DNA from: Squalus acanthias
Taxonomy: Eukaryota
DNA length: 64,000 bases
Reading direction: 5' to 3'
Assembly: GCA_030390025.1 (NCBI GenBank)
Contig: CM059432.1
Location: 72,232,001-72,296,000, forward strand
Shown: piece after piece, positions 12,120 through 24,808 of the stretch
Layout of the letters: every line of letters starts with the position of its first letter
Numbering within the stretch: the stretch's first letter is position 1
Notes under the pieces: model-generated
Seen by the model: the letters and a program-made list of their open reading frames with translations, nothing else
Told to the model about the DNA's origin: nothing
Databases searched by the model: none
Program-made: the position numbers and the translations under genes

Positions 12120-14712
12120 ACATCTTTGATTTTGAAAGCCATTGGACTAGTTGCAAGCACATTAACACTGATTGCATTTTCAAGTTTGCTTAGAGGCTAG
12201 TTTTTAATTTTCTAGATCTGTGACTAATTGGATAATGCATTTTAATCAATACATTTAATGATACAGCTTTACTGCACGCTCCTTGCTTCAGTTTGCATTT
12301 GGCAGGTCAACAAAAGCATTTATTTTAGCTGCAGAGTAAAATCAGTTTCAAAGAGGAAAATTTTGCACTTGCCAAATAATATCTACAAATAGCTGTGGCA
12401 AGATATTGCTTTTTGTCCTCATCTACTGTTGGAAAGCTGAGAGCCTACAGATTAGCTGATTTTCCTTTTTTCCTCAGTGGAGTAAAGACTGTCCATTACT
12501 GCAGAGATATCTGCTGTTTAATCAAGAGCTATTTTAATGCATCTGACAAAACAGAAGCTCTCCCAGTGTGTTGGCTTTTCTAGTCTCCTGTATTTTTCAG
12601 CCAATAGTTTTAAGCACTTAATGAAGGTGGAACAATCAGATAAGAGTGTTTAGGAAAGGAGAAATTACTTTTCCTTTTTTATCTCCTCTCAATTTGTTCA
12701 CTTTCTGTCACCATCAAAAGCTGCTAAAAATAAAACTTGAGGCAAAACGACAGCAAGGGCAGCCATCTTTTTGCTTCTCTGTTTTGAGTATGAGTTGCAG
12801 TCGTGAAAAAGTGCCTCCACCTCTGGAAGAGCAGAGATTGGATTATTGCAATTGTGTTTCTGTTTTGATTTTCAAAAGCTTCTATTGAGGCAGTTAAGGA
12901 AAAAGAGATGGTGAATGGGTATTTCTCCTTTGCTTTCTAGTACAACAATCTTCACAGTGTGATAATGAATTAAATAATGAGAAGGAAGTAACACGAGTAA
13001 TGAGATACACGATTGGGAATGTCGAAGAAAAATGTAGACAGAAAAATAACGAAGCAAAAAGCAGACCATTTTAGGGAGGGATGCATGGTCAAAAATTAAT
13101 ATGTTCCTTTTAGTGTTTATTGAAATGTAAATTGTAATCTATTGCACATAGCAGGAATCAGTTGTGAAACTCTTGTTTTTCAGCAGTGTGCAAAAGGGGA
13201 TGAAGGTTGACCATGATCATTAATTTTTTTTAAACCCAAGTACAGAGCAGTACACAAGAAGCAAAGTAACATGAATTATTCGCAAACACATTTAGTAGTA
13301 ATTTTGAGAAATATAAACCACAATACTGTTCTAGAAACTCTGCAGAATGAAATCATTTATCGTAAAGCAATTAATTGCATCGTGCCATATAGACAATGGA
13401 GCTTTTGAATGGTAATTAATTCACTAGCATTAGCAACACTTAACTGCTAATCCCAGGAAAGGTTTAGTTTTTGTTTTGTGCAATCACTCTGGGAACCTGT
13501 ATGTTACTACTGCTTTTTAAAATAAAAAACAGCAGTCAGTAACAGCAGCTGTTTGTAGAGCTAGAAACAAGCTGCGTATATAGAAAATTGACCTCCGGCT
13601 GTGATTGAGGTTGTGGAAGTTTAATTGCTTTAGACCTCTTTAGATCAGTGCAAGTTTTTTCTCTCAAAATTATTTTTGTAACTTTTTTTTATTTTTTAGA
13701 GGTATATAGTAGCAGGCTTTCATTTATAACTTGATTGTGAATGAAATCATCCTCAGCCTTAATTTAAACACAGCACAGGATGAGGACAGTGGGAGTCCAC
13801 TTCACTTCGATGTTGTCTAATATCAGTCAGTGCAGACTGACACCCCTCCCTGGTTCGAAGTGGTAAGTCAGTGTAGGCTGGAGCCCCCCGCTCCTTGCAA
13901 CCATTATCTCCTCCTTGGCACACATTCTTCTCCGAGCTTCATATGGGCCAAAGGAAGCCCTTGCATTGCATGCCTGGAGCTCCACACTATGAAGGATGAC
14001 TGCTCAGACACGCACCACAAGCTTAAGCTACTTTGGGACTAAGCTGTCATTGAAGAGAGATGAGAAAAGCCTTTGCTGCTCCATTTGGTGAAGAATAGAT
14101 TTGAGCTATATTTCTGGTCCTTTTCAGCTTTCTGTAATTCCTGCCTGGCCTCGAGCAGTAGCTGAAACTATAATAAAATAGCAATGATGGATTCTGCCTC
14201 TACTGAACCAGGGAATTAAAAATAGTGGGATCATTTTTAAAGGACTTGACATGCAGAGTAATGCAGATTCCACAAGTGGCCTCAATTTACCCCAGTACAT
14301 TATAGGTTGTAGTCTGTTATTTAACTTTTAATTCCTGTCGACTCTGGTGTGGCTGGCTAAAGGAAGAACAGTGGGTGTTAAGAGACTGAACTCAATAATG
14401 AAAGTGCTTTGAACATGTGCACATATGTTTAGAGGTTCAGCATTTAGTAAACATTAACTAGCGGTAAAATAAAAATGCTCTGTGGTCTTGTTTAAAGATG
14501 AAAAAAGTAAATGACACAAAGGATGTAGTTTAACAAAAAAATACCAACTGAAGTTCCAAATGTCAAAACATTTTGTGCTGTTGGAAGAGTCCAGCTATGG
14601 ACATTTGTTCCACAGACAGAAATACTGCTCCTTCTTCATCCCAATAGGGGGAAGCTCACTATTTGTAGCAAAATGATAAATGAAGAATGAGTTTACAATT
14701 TTTCTACAAATA

Positions 14713-15444
14713 GAAAGAAAGACTTGCTTACATTTATATAGGGCAACACGGTGGCATAGTGGTTAGCACTGTTGCCTCACAGTGCCAGGGACCCGGGTTC
14801 GAATCCGGCCCCGGGTGACTGTCTGTGTGGAGTTTGCACATTCTCCCCGTGTCTGCGTGGGTTTCCTCCGGGTGCTCCGGTTTCCTCCCACAGTCCAAAG
14901 ATGTGCGGGTTAGGTTGATTTGGCTATGATAAATTGACCCTTAGTGTTAGGGGGATTAAATACGTGGGGTTACGGGGATAGGGTGGGATATGTGTCGGTG
15001 CAGGCTCGATGGGCCGAAATGGCCTCTCTCTGCACTGTGGGGATTCTGTGATAGCGCCTTTCACAACCACCGGACAGTTTAAAGCTCTTTACAGCCAATG
15101 AAGTACTTTTGGAGTGTAGTCACTGTTGTAATGTGGGAAATGCAGCAGCCAGTTTGCACATAGCAAACTCCCACAAACAGCAATGTGATAATGACCAGAT
15201 AATCTGTTTTTTTGATATGTTGATTGATAAATATTGGCCAGGACACTGTGGATAACTCCCCTGCTCCTCTTCAAAATAGTGCCATGGGATCTTTTACGTC
15301 CACCTGAAAAAGCAGACTGTTTAACGTCTCATCCGAAAGACGGCACCTCCGACAGTGCAGCACTCCCTCAGCACTGCACTGGTGTGTCAGCCTGGATTCT
15401 GACTCAGAGGCGAGTGTGCTACCCACTGAGCCACTGGCTGACAT
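14713..15444 (-). mobile_element. Deu-domain SINE interrupted by an HE1 SINE
   Basis: Antisense to 8570-8995; tail 14713-14741, body 15051-15444. Confidence 0.85.
14742..15050 (+). mobile_element. HE1-type V-SINE, full length
   Basis: A box GGTGGCATAGTGG, B box GGTTCGAATCC, V domain TGCGTGGGTTTCCTCCGGGTGCTCCGGTTTCCTCCCACAGTCCAAAGA, CR1-derived tail; flanked by ATAG repeats (14738-14741, 15051-15054). Confidence 0.9.
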
Positions 15445-16393
15445 CCCCTATTGGGATGAAGAAGGAGCAGTACTTCTGTCTGTGGAACACATGTCCATAG
15501 CTGGACTCTTCCAACAGCACAAATGGTGAACAGAGGAAATCTTCTCTTGAGATGTGTTGGAAAAAACTCTTCTGTCCTACATATTACCCAAGTGTGATTG
15601 GAAGAAACCACCCTCAGAAGCACTGATTTATTCTAGTAATTTGAAGTCAGATCAAAAATAATGAATGCATTGTTCTTGTGTAACCAGATGTTTTTGTAAA
15701 TGAGTATTACAATCTATAGCACTGGTTATACCATTTTAAAAACTTGATAATTTTAAGGTATTTTTTGCGCTGCTTTCTGGTATTTGGTCTAGTTAACATA
15801 ATCCATATTCAAACCAGTTTCCATTTTTCAGGAAGCCACCCAGTCCTGATGCATGACTTACGGATGTGGACATTGGGCCCTTCTGTGATGCACCCAGTGT
15901 TCCAGAATATAGTAATAACACAACCTGTTCTATTTGTTTTTGTTCTGTAGTGTTTAGGTGTTACTATATATAATTATTCACTTCTTTATATGGGATTTAA
16001 ACTAACTTGCTGAAAGACAATAAAATATTGTTCTCTAGACATGGGTGAACTTAGTGACCTTGGAAGATCCTGGTTGTATGCTGTGTGGAAAGGTAAATAA
16101 GGTTTGTTTATAATATTTCATACGCAGCTGTGTTTCCTGAAAGCGCACAGGGCTTTCAGGTCTGTTGAGGGACTCTTTGAAAAGCTTTTATTAGTTACTA
16201 CTGGAGAATCCTTTTTCAGACAGCCTGCCAGTTCACAGAAAATCCAGTTCACCAAATGGTGACCTCCATGTAATTGATTTACTTTTAGAAGGAAGACTAA
16301 AATAGTTTTGGAACAGTGGGTCAGTCTAAGCAGAAGGTAGATGATAGCAGCTTTTCTATTTTTGAAAAAAAGTTATTCAACTTTAAACACTAA

Positions 16394-17024
16394 GGGCTGG
16401 ATTTTCATTGACCCGTGGAGGCGTGTGGGGGGTTAAAATTGCGAAAACTGGCGGGCGAGCACAAGTCCGCCTCCATCCCACCTCCACGCAATTTTCATGA
16501 AATCGTGTCTGCTGGTCCCGACTGCGTTCCGCCTTTAAGAGACGGGATAGGCTGTTAAGGCCCTTAACAAGCACTAAATTGGTTCTATAATGCCATTTTG
16601 AAAGGCCTTTGTGATTTTTAACCCTTATTCTATGTGAAGCACGCCTGTTCTGAACCACGATTGTGAAACCTGGCGGGAGCACATTTGGATAGCTGACTAT
16701 TAGTGAGTGAGTGGCTGGCTGGCAGGCATTTGGGAGTGGTGGAGCAAAAAAAATTCGCTCTCTCGCTCTCCACTTAGAGCTGCTCATTTTGCATCCAGGT
16801 CCTCTCACAGCAAAGGCCAGGCAGTCTCTGAAGACCTTCAATGCAGCAGCAATGATGACATCATCAGAGGCGACTTTCAGACTGAAAACACTAATTGTGT
16901 CATGGGTTCCCACATGCTGGAACTCAGTTGCCCAATTAGGTGAAAATTGCATCAATCTCCCACATCCAATTGCAGTCGGGTGGATGACACGACCCCAACC
17001 CGCCCCAGTATCAAAATCCAGCCC
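16394..17024. mobile_element. Non-autonomous PIF/Harbinger DNA transposon
   Basis: Perfect 12-bp TIRs GGGCTGGATTTT/AAAATCCAGCCC; TAA TSD at 16391-16393 and 17025-17027. Confidence 0.85.
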
Positions 17025-19119
17025 TAAGTATTTTTAATACTGCTAATGTCACATGGTCTGGTAGAATCTGAAAACTCTTAATTTAGTATTTTTAAATGAC
17101 AATTTCTATGATGGCTTGCTAGTCTTGCAATAACGTCTCTGATTTTACAGCTAATAACTTGTTTATGGTACAAAATGAGTGCCTGATTTGTGTACAAAGT
17201 TGTTCGAATCTGAGCGGTAATCTTGTGATTCTACATATTGGAAATTCAGGGGTGTGCTGCCCATGATTTTCTGGCTATTAAAATGAATGCAGAAAATATT
17301 GGACAGTGAGTGATCAAGTTATTGATTTCCACTGCTGAATGGCACGGCTCCAAACCTGCAGAGTGGTCTCATAAAATCGTCCCTCTAGTGTGTTTTGCCT
17401 GCTAAACCAGCTAGTTTTTAAAACTCCCGCCCAATGTGATGCTGCTCACTTCAAAGTGGGCTTGAGACCAGAGCCAATCAGAAGCATGTGGAGTCCAGGC
17501 AGTGTAAGCTGGCAGGCAGTCTCCACTGGCCAATCCCATGTACTCTTACTGTAGGGCAGGATATAATGAAAATTCATTTACTTTTTTCATCCTCCTAAAT
17601 TGTGGAAACATTCTACAGTATAAACATTATGATTTAATGGAAAAGCAGGAGAACTAATTGTCTAATTTGTCTGAATTTACATACAAATTAAACAGCTGCT
17701 TTTAACCATAAATGTGGTTCTGTTCTTTCAGTCTTGTGGTTGCCCAACACTTGAATTTGACGGCTGTGGCTGTGAGGAATTTTTGTCCATTTTTCTTTTC
17801 CTTTATCCCTTTTTTTTTAAAATCCCTCCTCTAGGCTCCCTGTTGCATGCACCATTCACTGGCATAGGTGGGCAGCCAATTCACTCTGGAAACAGCTGCT
17901 GGGATGGAGGGAGTGTCCTGTGTTAACACTCACCTTTTTTTTAAAAAGTTCTTTCTTGTCGGATAGCATGTAGCTTTCATTCTGCACCTGAGTTACCATG
18001 CCATTCAGACTAATGAGGCTGAATGGAGGCCCTTACGGAAAAATATAAGAAATGAAAAAAGGTAAAAATCTTACACAGAATTACGTTGATTTTACACACA
18101 TTTAAGTTTATTCAGATTACTGAAGATTTTGGTACACATGTTAACTTGGCTTAGGATACCTTTTGTTCAGCCCTCAAATACAGGTTCCAAACTGTGAAAC
18201 TCCAGTATAGCAAAATTAACAATATTAAATGTCAACCAATTTAAGCAAATCAATTTGTTCAGAGCTGTGACAAAAAAGTGTGACCTTTCTGGGAATGACG
18301 CAGTATTATAAGTATTAGCAGCTGCAAAGAGCAGGAAAACCTAAAATGGCATCTGTGCAGGTAATGCTCACTTTAAGTTGTTGAATGTGTGAGTGACACT
18401 GCATCTGTATGGGTTAATTTATTAGCTATAAAATCAGTGTCCTTAATTTGGCACAAGTTAACAATCTCATTTAACCCACAGACTGGCTGGTGTATGGAAT
18501 GGAAAAATGTCATACTAATACAGTAGAGGGGGCTGTTTCAAATTGAGGTTGAGGCACATTGTTGAGGCAGATTAGAGGGAGCTTTACACGAACTAAATAT
18601 GCTGTATGTGACCTGGGAATGCCCCCCAGCACCAGTACCATCACTCACATTTTGGAATACTAAGAGTCCATCTTTTCAGAGCTTCAAATGATACAGAACT
18701 TGAACTCTTGGCACCACAAGACTCTCTTGTCACAGTGACTTTTACAAGGGTTTACAAGTGAACTGAAGATGACTAGTGAACTTGAGGCCATTACGACAAA
18801 ATACATTTGTCATGTCGTGTAATTTTGATACAATACTGACGATGACAACAACAACTTGTATTTATAGAGCGCCTTTAACATAGTAAAACATCCCAAGGCA
18901 CTTCACGGGAGCGTTATCAAACATAATTTGACTCCGAGCCACATAAGGAAATATTAGGACAGGTGACTGAAAGCTTGCACAAAGAGATAGATTTTAAGGC
19001 ACGTCTTAAAGGAGGGGAGAGAGGTAGCGAGGCGGATAGGTTTGGGGGAGGCGGGGCGGGGCAGGGGAGGGGATTTCGAGAGCTTGGGGCACAGGCAGCT
19101 AAAAGCACGGCCGGCATTG

Positions 19120-21660
19120 TCAGAGTCATAGATTTATACAGCACAGAAAGAGGCCCTTCGGCCCATCGTGTCCGCGCCGGCCATCAAGCCCTATCTATTC
19201 TAATCCCATTTTCCAGCACTTGGTCCGTAGCCTTCTATGCTATGGCGTTTCAAGTGCTCATCTAAATGCTTCTTGAATGTTGAGGGTTCCTGCCTCTACC
19301 ACCCTTTCAGGCAGTGAGTTCCAGATTCCAACCATCCTCTGGGTGAAAAAGTTTGACCTCAAATCCCCTCTAAACCTCCTGCCCCTTACCTTGAAACTAT
19401 GCCCCCTGGTTATTGACCCCTCTACTAAGGGGAAAAGTTCCTTTCTATCTACCCTATCTATGCCCCTCATAATTTTGTACACCTTAATCAGGTCCCCCCT
19501 CAGCCTTCTCTGCTCTAAGGAAAACAACCCCAGCCTGTCCAGTCTCACTTCATAGCTGAAGCGCTCCCGCCCAGGTAACATCCTGGTGAATCTCCTCTGC
19601 ACCCTCTCCAATGCAATCACATCCTTCCTATAGTGTGGCGACCAGAACTGCACACACTATTCCAGCTGTGGCCTAACTAACGTTTTGTACAGCTCCATCA
19701 TAACCTCCCTGCTCTTATATTCTATGCCTCGGCTAATGAAGGCAAGTATCCCATATGCCTTTTTAACCACCTTATCTACCTGTCCTGCTGCCTTCAGGGA
19801 TCTATGTACATGCACACCAAGGTCCCACTGATCCTCTGTCCTTCCTAGGATCCTACCATTCATTGTGTATTCCCTTGCCTTGTTAATCCTCCCAAAATGC
19901 ATCACCTCACACTTTTCCATTTGCCACTGTTCTGCCCATCTGACCAACCCGTCTATATCGTCCTGTAGCCTGAGGCTTCCCCCCCTCGCTATTTACCACT
20001 CCACCAATTTTCGTGTCATCTCCGGACTTACTGATCATAGCTCCTACATTCATATCTAAATCATTAATGTACACTATAAACAGCAAAGGACCCAGCACTG
20101 ATCCCTGCGGTACACCACTGGACACAGGCTTCCAGTCACAAAAACAACCTTCGACCATCACCCTCTGCCACGAAGCCAATTTTGGATCCAATGTGCCAAA
20201 TTGCCCTGGATCCCATGGGCTCTTACCTTCTTGACCAGTCTCCCATGCGGGATTTTGTCAAAAGCCTTACTGAAGTCCATGTAACCTACATCAACTGCAC
20301 TACCCTCATCCACACACCTAGTCACCCCCTCGAAAAATTCAATTAAATTGGTCAGACATGAGCTCCGCCTGACAAAGCCATGCTGACTATCCTTGATTAA
20401 TCCTTGCCTCTCCAAGTGGAGACTAATTTTGTCCCTTAGAATTTTTTCCAATAATTTCCCTACCACTGATGTTAGGCTCACTGGCCTGTAATTCCCTGGT
20501 TTATCCCTACTACCCTGCTTGAATAATGGTACTATGTTAGCTGTCCTCCAGTCCTCTGGCACCTCCCCTGTGGCCAGAGGGGTTCTGAAAATTTGTGTCA
20601 GAGCCCCTGCAATCTCCTGCCTTGCCTCACACAGCAGCCTGGGATACATCTCGTCTGGGCCTGTGGATTTATCCTCTTTTAAGCCCGCTAAAACTGCTAG
20701 TACCTCCTCCCCCTCGATACTAATTTGTTCAAGTATATCACAATCCCCCTGCCTGATTTCTATGCCTACATCGTCCTTCTCCATAGTGAACACAGATGCA
20801 AAATATTCATTTAAAACCTCACCCACATCTTCCAGCTCTACACACAGATTGCCACTTTGGTCCCTAATGGGCCCTACTCTTTCCCTGGTTATCCTCTTGC
20901 CCTTAATATACCTATAAAACACCTTGGGATTTTCCTTTATTTTGCCCGCCAGTGTTTTTTCATGCCCCCTCTTTGCTCTCCTAATTTCGTTTTTAAGTAC
21001 CCCCCTGCACTTTCTATACTCCTAGGGCTTCCACTGTTTTTAGTCCTTTGTATCTGCCAAAAGCCTCCCTTTTTTCCTAATCCATTCTTGTATATCCCTT
21101 GACATCCGGGGTTCCCTGGGCTTGTTGGTCCCACCCTTGACCTTTATGGGAACATGTTGGCGTTGTACTCTCTCTCTTTCCTTTCTGAAAGACTCCCACT
21201 GCTCTGATGTGGATTTTCCTACAAGTAGCTGATCCCAGTCCACTTTGGCCAGATCCTGCCTTATCATATTAAAATCGGCCTTCCCCCAATTTAGACCCTT
21301 TATTTCCGGTCCATCTTTGTCCTTTTCCATGACCACCTTAAATCTCACCGAATTATGGTCACTGTCACCAAAATGCTCTCCTACTGACACTTCTACCACT
21401 TCCCCGGCTACATTCCCTAGAATTAGGTCCAGTACCGTCCCCTCTCTTGTAGGACTTTCTACATGCTGGCTCAAAAAGCTCTCCTGGATGCACTTTAAGA
21501 ATTCCGCACCCTCTAAGCCTTTCACACTCTGACTATCCCAGTTAATATTGGGGAAGTTGAAATCCCCTACTATTATTACCCTATTATTTCTACACTTCTG
21601 AGATTTGCCTACATATCTGTTCCTCTGTCTCCCCCTGACTGTTTGGGGGCCTATAGTACT
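19120..21660 (-). mobile_element. CR1/HER1 LINE, about 2.5 kb of ORF2 (EN C-terminus plus RT), frameshifted
   Basis: [69 protein letters not shown]; possible TSD GCATTG (19114-19119 / 21667-21672). Confidence 0.95.
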
Positions 21661-22962
21661 GGTGGAGCATTGGTGGAGTGATTAAAATTGGGGATGCACC
21701 TGAGGCCAGAATTGAAGGAGTGCAGAAATCCAAAATGTTTGTAGGGCTGGAGGAGACTATAGAGATGGGGAGGGGCGAAGCCATTGAGAAATTTGAAAAC
21801 AAGGATGAGAATTTTAAAATTGAGGCATTGCCGGACAGGGAGCCAATGTAGGTCAACGAGCACGGGTGATGGGTGAACGGGACTTTGTGTGAGTTAGGAC
21901 ACTGGGAGCAGAGTTTTGGATGAGCTCAAGTTTATGTAGGGTGGAAGATGGGAGGCTGGCCAGGAGAGCGTTGGAATAGTCAAGTCTAGAGGTAACAGAA
22001 GCATGGATGTGGGTTTCAGCAGCAGATGAGTTGAGGCAGGGCGGAGTCGGGCACTGTTACAAAGTGGAAGTAGGCGGTCTTGATGATGGAGTGGATATTT
22101 GGTCTGAAGCTCATCTCGGTGTCAGATATGATGCCACGGGTACAAAAGGTCTGTTTGAGCCTCAAAACAGTTGCCAGGGAGAGGGTTGGAGTCATGGCTA
22201 GAGTTTGTGGCGGGGACCGAACACACTGGCTTCGGTCTTCCTAATATTTAGCTGGCGGAAATTTCTGCTTATCCAGTACTGGAGGTCGGACAAGCAGTGT
22301 GACAAATCAGACAGTGGAGGGGTCGAGCGAGGTGATGGTGAGGTAGAGCTGGGTGTCATCAATGTACATGTGGAAATTGACGTCTTTTCATAGAATTACA
22401 TAGAATTTTTTTTAGAATTTTTTCAGATGATGTTGCCGAGGGGCAGCACGTAGATGAGAAATGGGAGGGAGCCAAGGATAGATCCTTGCGGGACTCCAAA
22501 GGTAACGTTACAGGAGCGGGAAGGTAAGCCATTGCAGGTGATTCTCTGGCTACAATTAGATGGATAAGAATGGAACCAGGTGAGTGCAGCCCCACCCAGC
22601 TGGCTGACAGAAGAAAAGTGTTACTGGAGATGGTTGGGTCAACCGTATCAAAGGCTACAGATAGGTCAAGAAGGATGAGGAGGGATAATTTACCATGGTC
22701 ACATTCCCATATGGTGTCATTTGTTACTTTTGATAAGGGCTGTTTCAGTGCCGTGGCAGGAGCGGAAACTCGATAGGAGGGATTTGAACATGGAGTTGCA
22801 GGAAAGATGGGCACAGATTTGGGAGGCGACAACATGTTCAAGGACTTTGGAGAGGAAAGGGAGGTTGAAGATGGGGCGGTAGTTTGCAAGGACAGAGGAG
22901 AGGGGTGATGACGTCAGACTTGAGGGGAGGGGGACAGTACCTGAGGAGAGGGAACCGTTAAC

Positions 22963-24808
22963 TGTAAAAGCTTCTATAGATATGTGAAGAGAAAAAGATT
23001 GGTGAAGTCAAGCGTAGGTCCCTTGCAGTCAGAATCAGGGGAATCTATAATGGGGAACAAAGAAATGGCAGACCAATTAAATACATACTTTGGTTCTGTC
23101 TTCACAAAGGAGGACACAAATAACCTCCCAGAGGTGTCGGGGAACATAGGGTCTAATGAGGGGGAGGAATTGAATGAAATCAGTATTTGTAGGGAAATGG
23201 TGTTTGGGAAATTGACGGGATTGAAGGCCGATAAATCCCCAGGGCCTGATAATCTACATCCTAGGGTACTTAAGGAAGTGGCCCTAGAAATAGTAGATGC
23301 ATTGCTGGTCATCTTTCAAAATTCTATAGACTCTGGAACAGTTCCCATGGATTGGAGGGTAGCTAATGTAACCCCCACTATTTAAAAAAGGTGGTAGAGA
23401 AAAAACGGGGAATTATAGACCGGTAAGCCTGACATCGGTAGTGGACAAAATGCTAGAGTCCATTATAAAAGATGTAATAGCAGAGCACTTGGAAAACAGT
23501 GACAGGATCGGACAAAGTCAACATGGATTTACAAAACGTAAATCATGCCTGACTAATCTACTGGAATTTTTTGAGGATGTAACTAGTAGAATAGATAAGG
23601 GAGAACCAGTGGATGTGGTGTATTTGGACTTTCAGAAGGCTTTCGATAAGGTCCTGCATAAGAGATTAGCGTGCAAAGTTAAAGCACATGGGATTGGGGG
23701 TAAGGTACTGATTTGGATAGAGAACTGGTTGGCAGACAGGAAGCAAAGAGTTGGAATAAACGGGTCTTTTTCCGAGTGGCAGGCAGTGACTAGTTGGGTA
23801 CCGCAGGGATCGGTGCTAGGACCCCAGCTATTCACAATATATATTAATGATCTAGACGAGGGAACTAGATGTAATATCTCTAAGTTTGCAGACGACGCAA
23901 AGCTGGGTGGGCGTGTGTGCTGTGAGGAGGATGCCGAGAAACTCCAGGATGATTTGGACAGGTTGGGTGATTGGGCAGATGCATGGCAGATGCAGTATAA
24001 TGTGGAAAATGCGAGGTTATCCACTTTGGTGGCAAAAACAGGAAGACAGATTATTATCTGAACGGCAATAGATTGGGAAAAGGGGAAGTGCAACGAGATC
24101 TGGGAGTCCTTGTGCACCAGTCGCTGAAGGTAAGCATGCAGGTGCGGCAGGCGGTTAAGAAGGCAAATGGTATGTTGGCCTTCATAGCGAGAGGATTCGA
24201 GTACAGGAGCAAGGATGTCTTGCTGCAGTTGTACAAGGCCTTGGTGAGACCACACCTTGAGTATTGTGTGCAGTTTTGGTCGCCTTATCTGAGGAAGGAT
24301 GTTCTTGCCATGGAGGGAGTGCAGCGAAGATTTACCAGACTGATACCTGGGATGGCAGGAATGACGTATGAAGAGAGATTGGGTCGATTAGGCTTATATT
24401 CGTTAGCGTCTAGACGAATGAGAGGGGATCTCATTGAAACTTATAAAATTCTAACAGGACTAGACAGACTAGATGCAGGAAGGATGTTCCTGATGGCGGG
24501 GGAGTCCAGAACCAGAGGTCACAGTCTAAGGATAAGGGGTAAGCCATTTAGGACTGAGATGAGGAGGAATTTCTTCACCCAGAGAGTGGTGAACCTGTGG
24601 AATTCTCTACCACAGAAGGCAGTTGAGGCCAATTCATTAAATATATTCAAGAAGGAGATGGATATATTTCTTAAGGCTAAAGGGATCAAGGGATATGGGG
24701 AGAAAGCAGGGACAGGGTACTGAATTTGGATGATCAGCCATGATCTCAGTAAATGGTGGAGCAGGCTCGAGGGGCCGAATGGCCTACTCCTGCTCCTATC
24801 TTCTATGC
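22963..24808 (+). mobile_element. CR1/HER1 LINE, 5'-truncated, RT with frameshifts
   Basis: [66 protein letters not shown] (22958-22962 / 24809-24813). Confidence 0.95.

Larger units (their letters stand above)
14572..15523. repeat. 79-bp inverted duplication of non-SINE sequence (arms 14572-14650 and 15445-15523)
   Basis: The arms are reverse complements at 77/79 positions. Confidence 0.95.

Noticed and set aside
14742..14815. tRNA gene
   Set aside because: The A and B boxes belong to the head of an HE1 SINE, which continues into the V domain and LINE tail. The DeuSINE heads are rejected for the same reason.
16383..16955. 190-aa minus-strand ORF
   Set aside because: It lies within a non-autonomous TIR element and has no recognisable domain; likely a chance ORF.
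23632..24255. 207-aa minus-strand ORF
   Set aside because: Antisense shadow of the CR1 RT.
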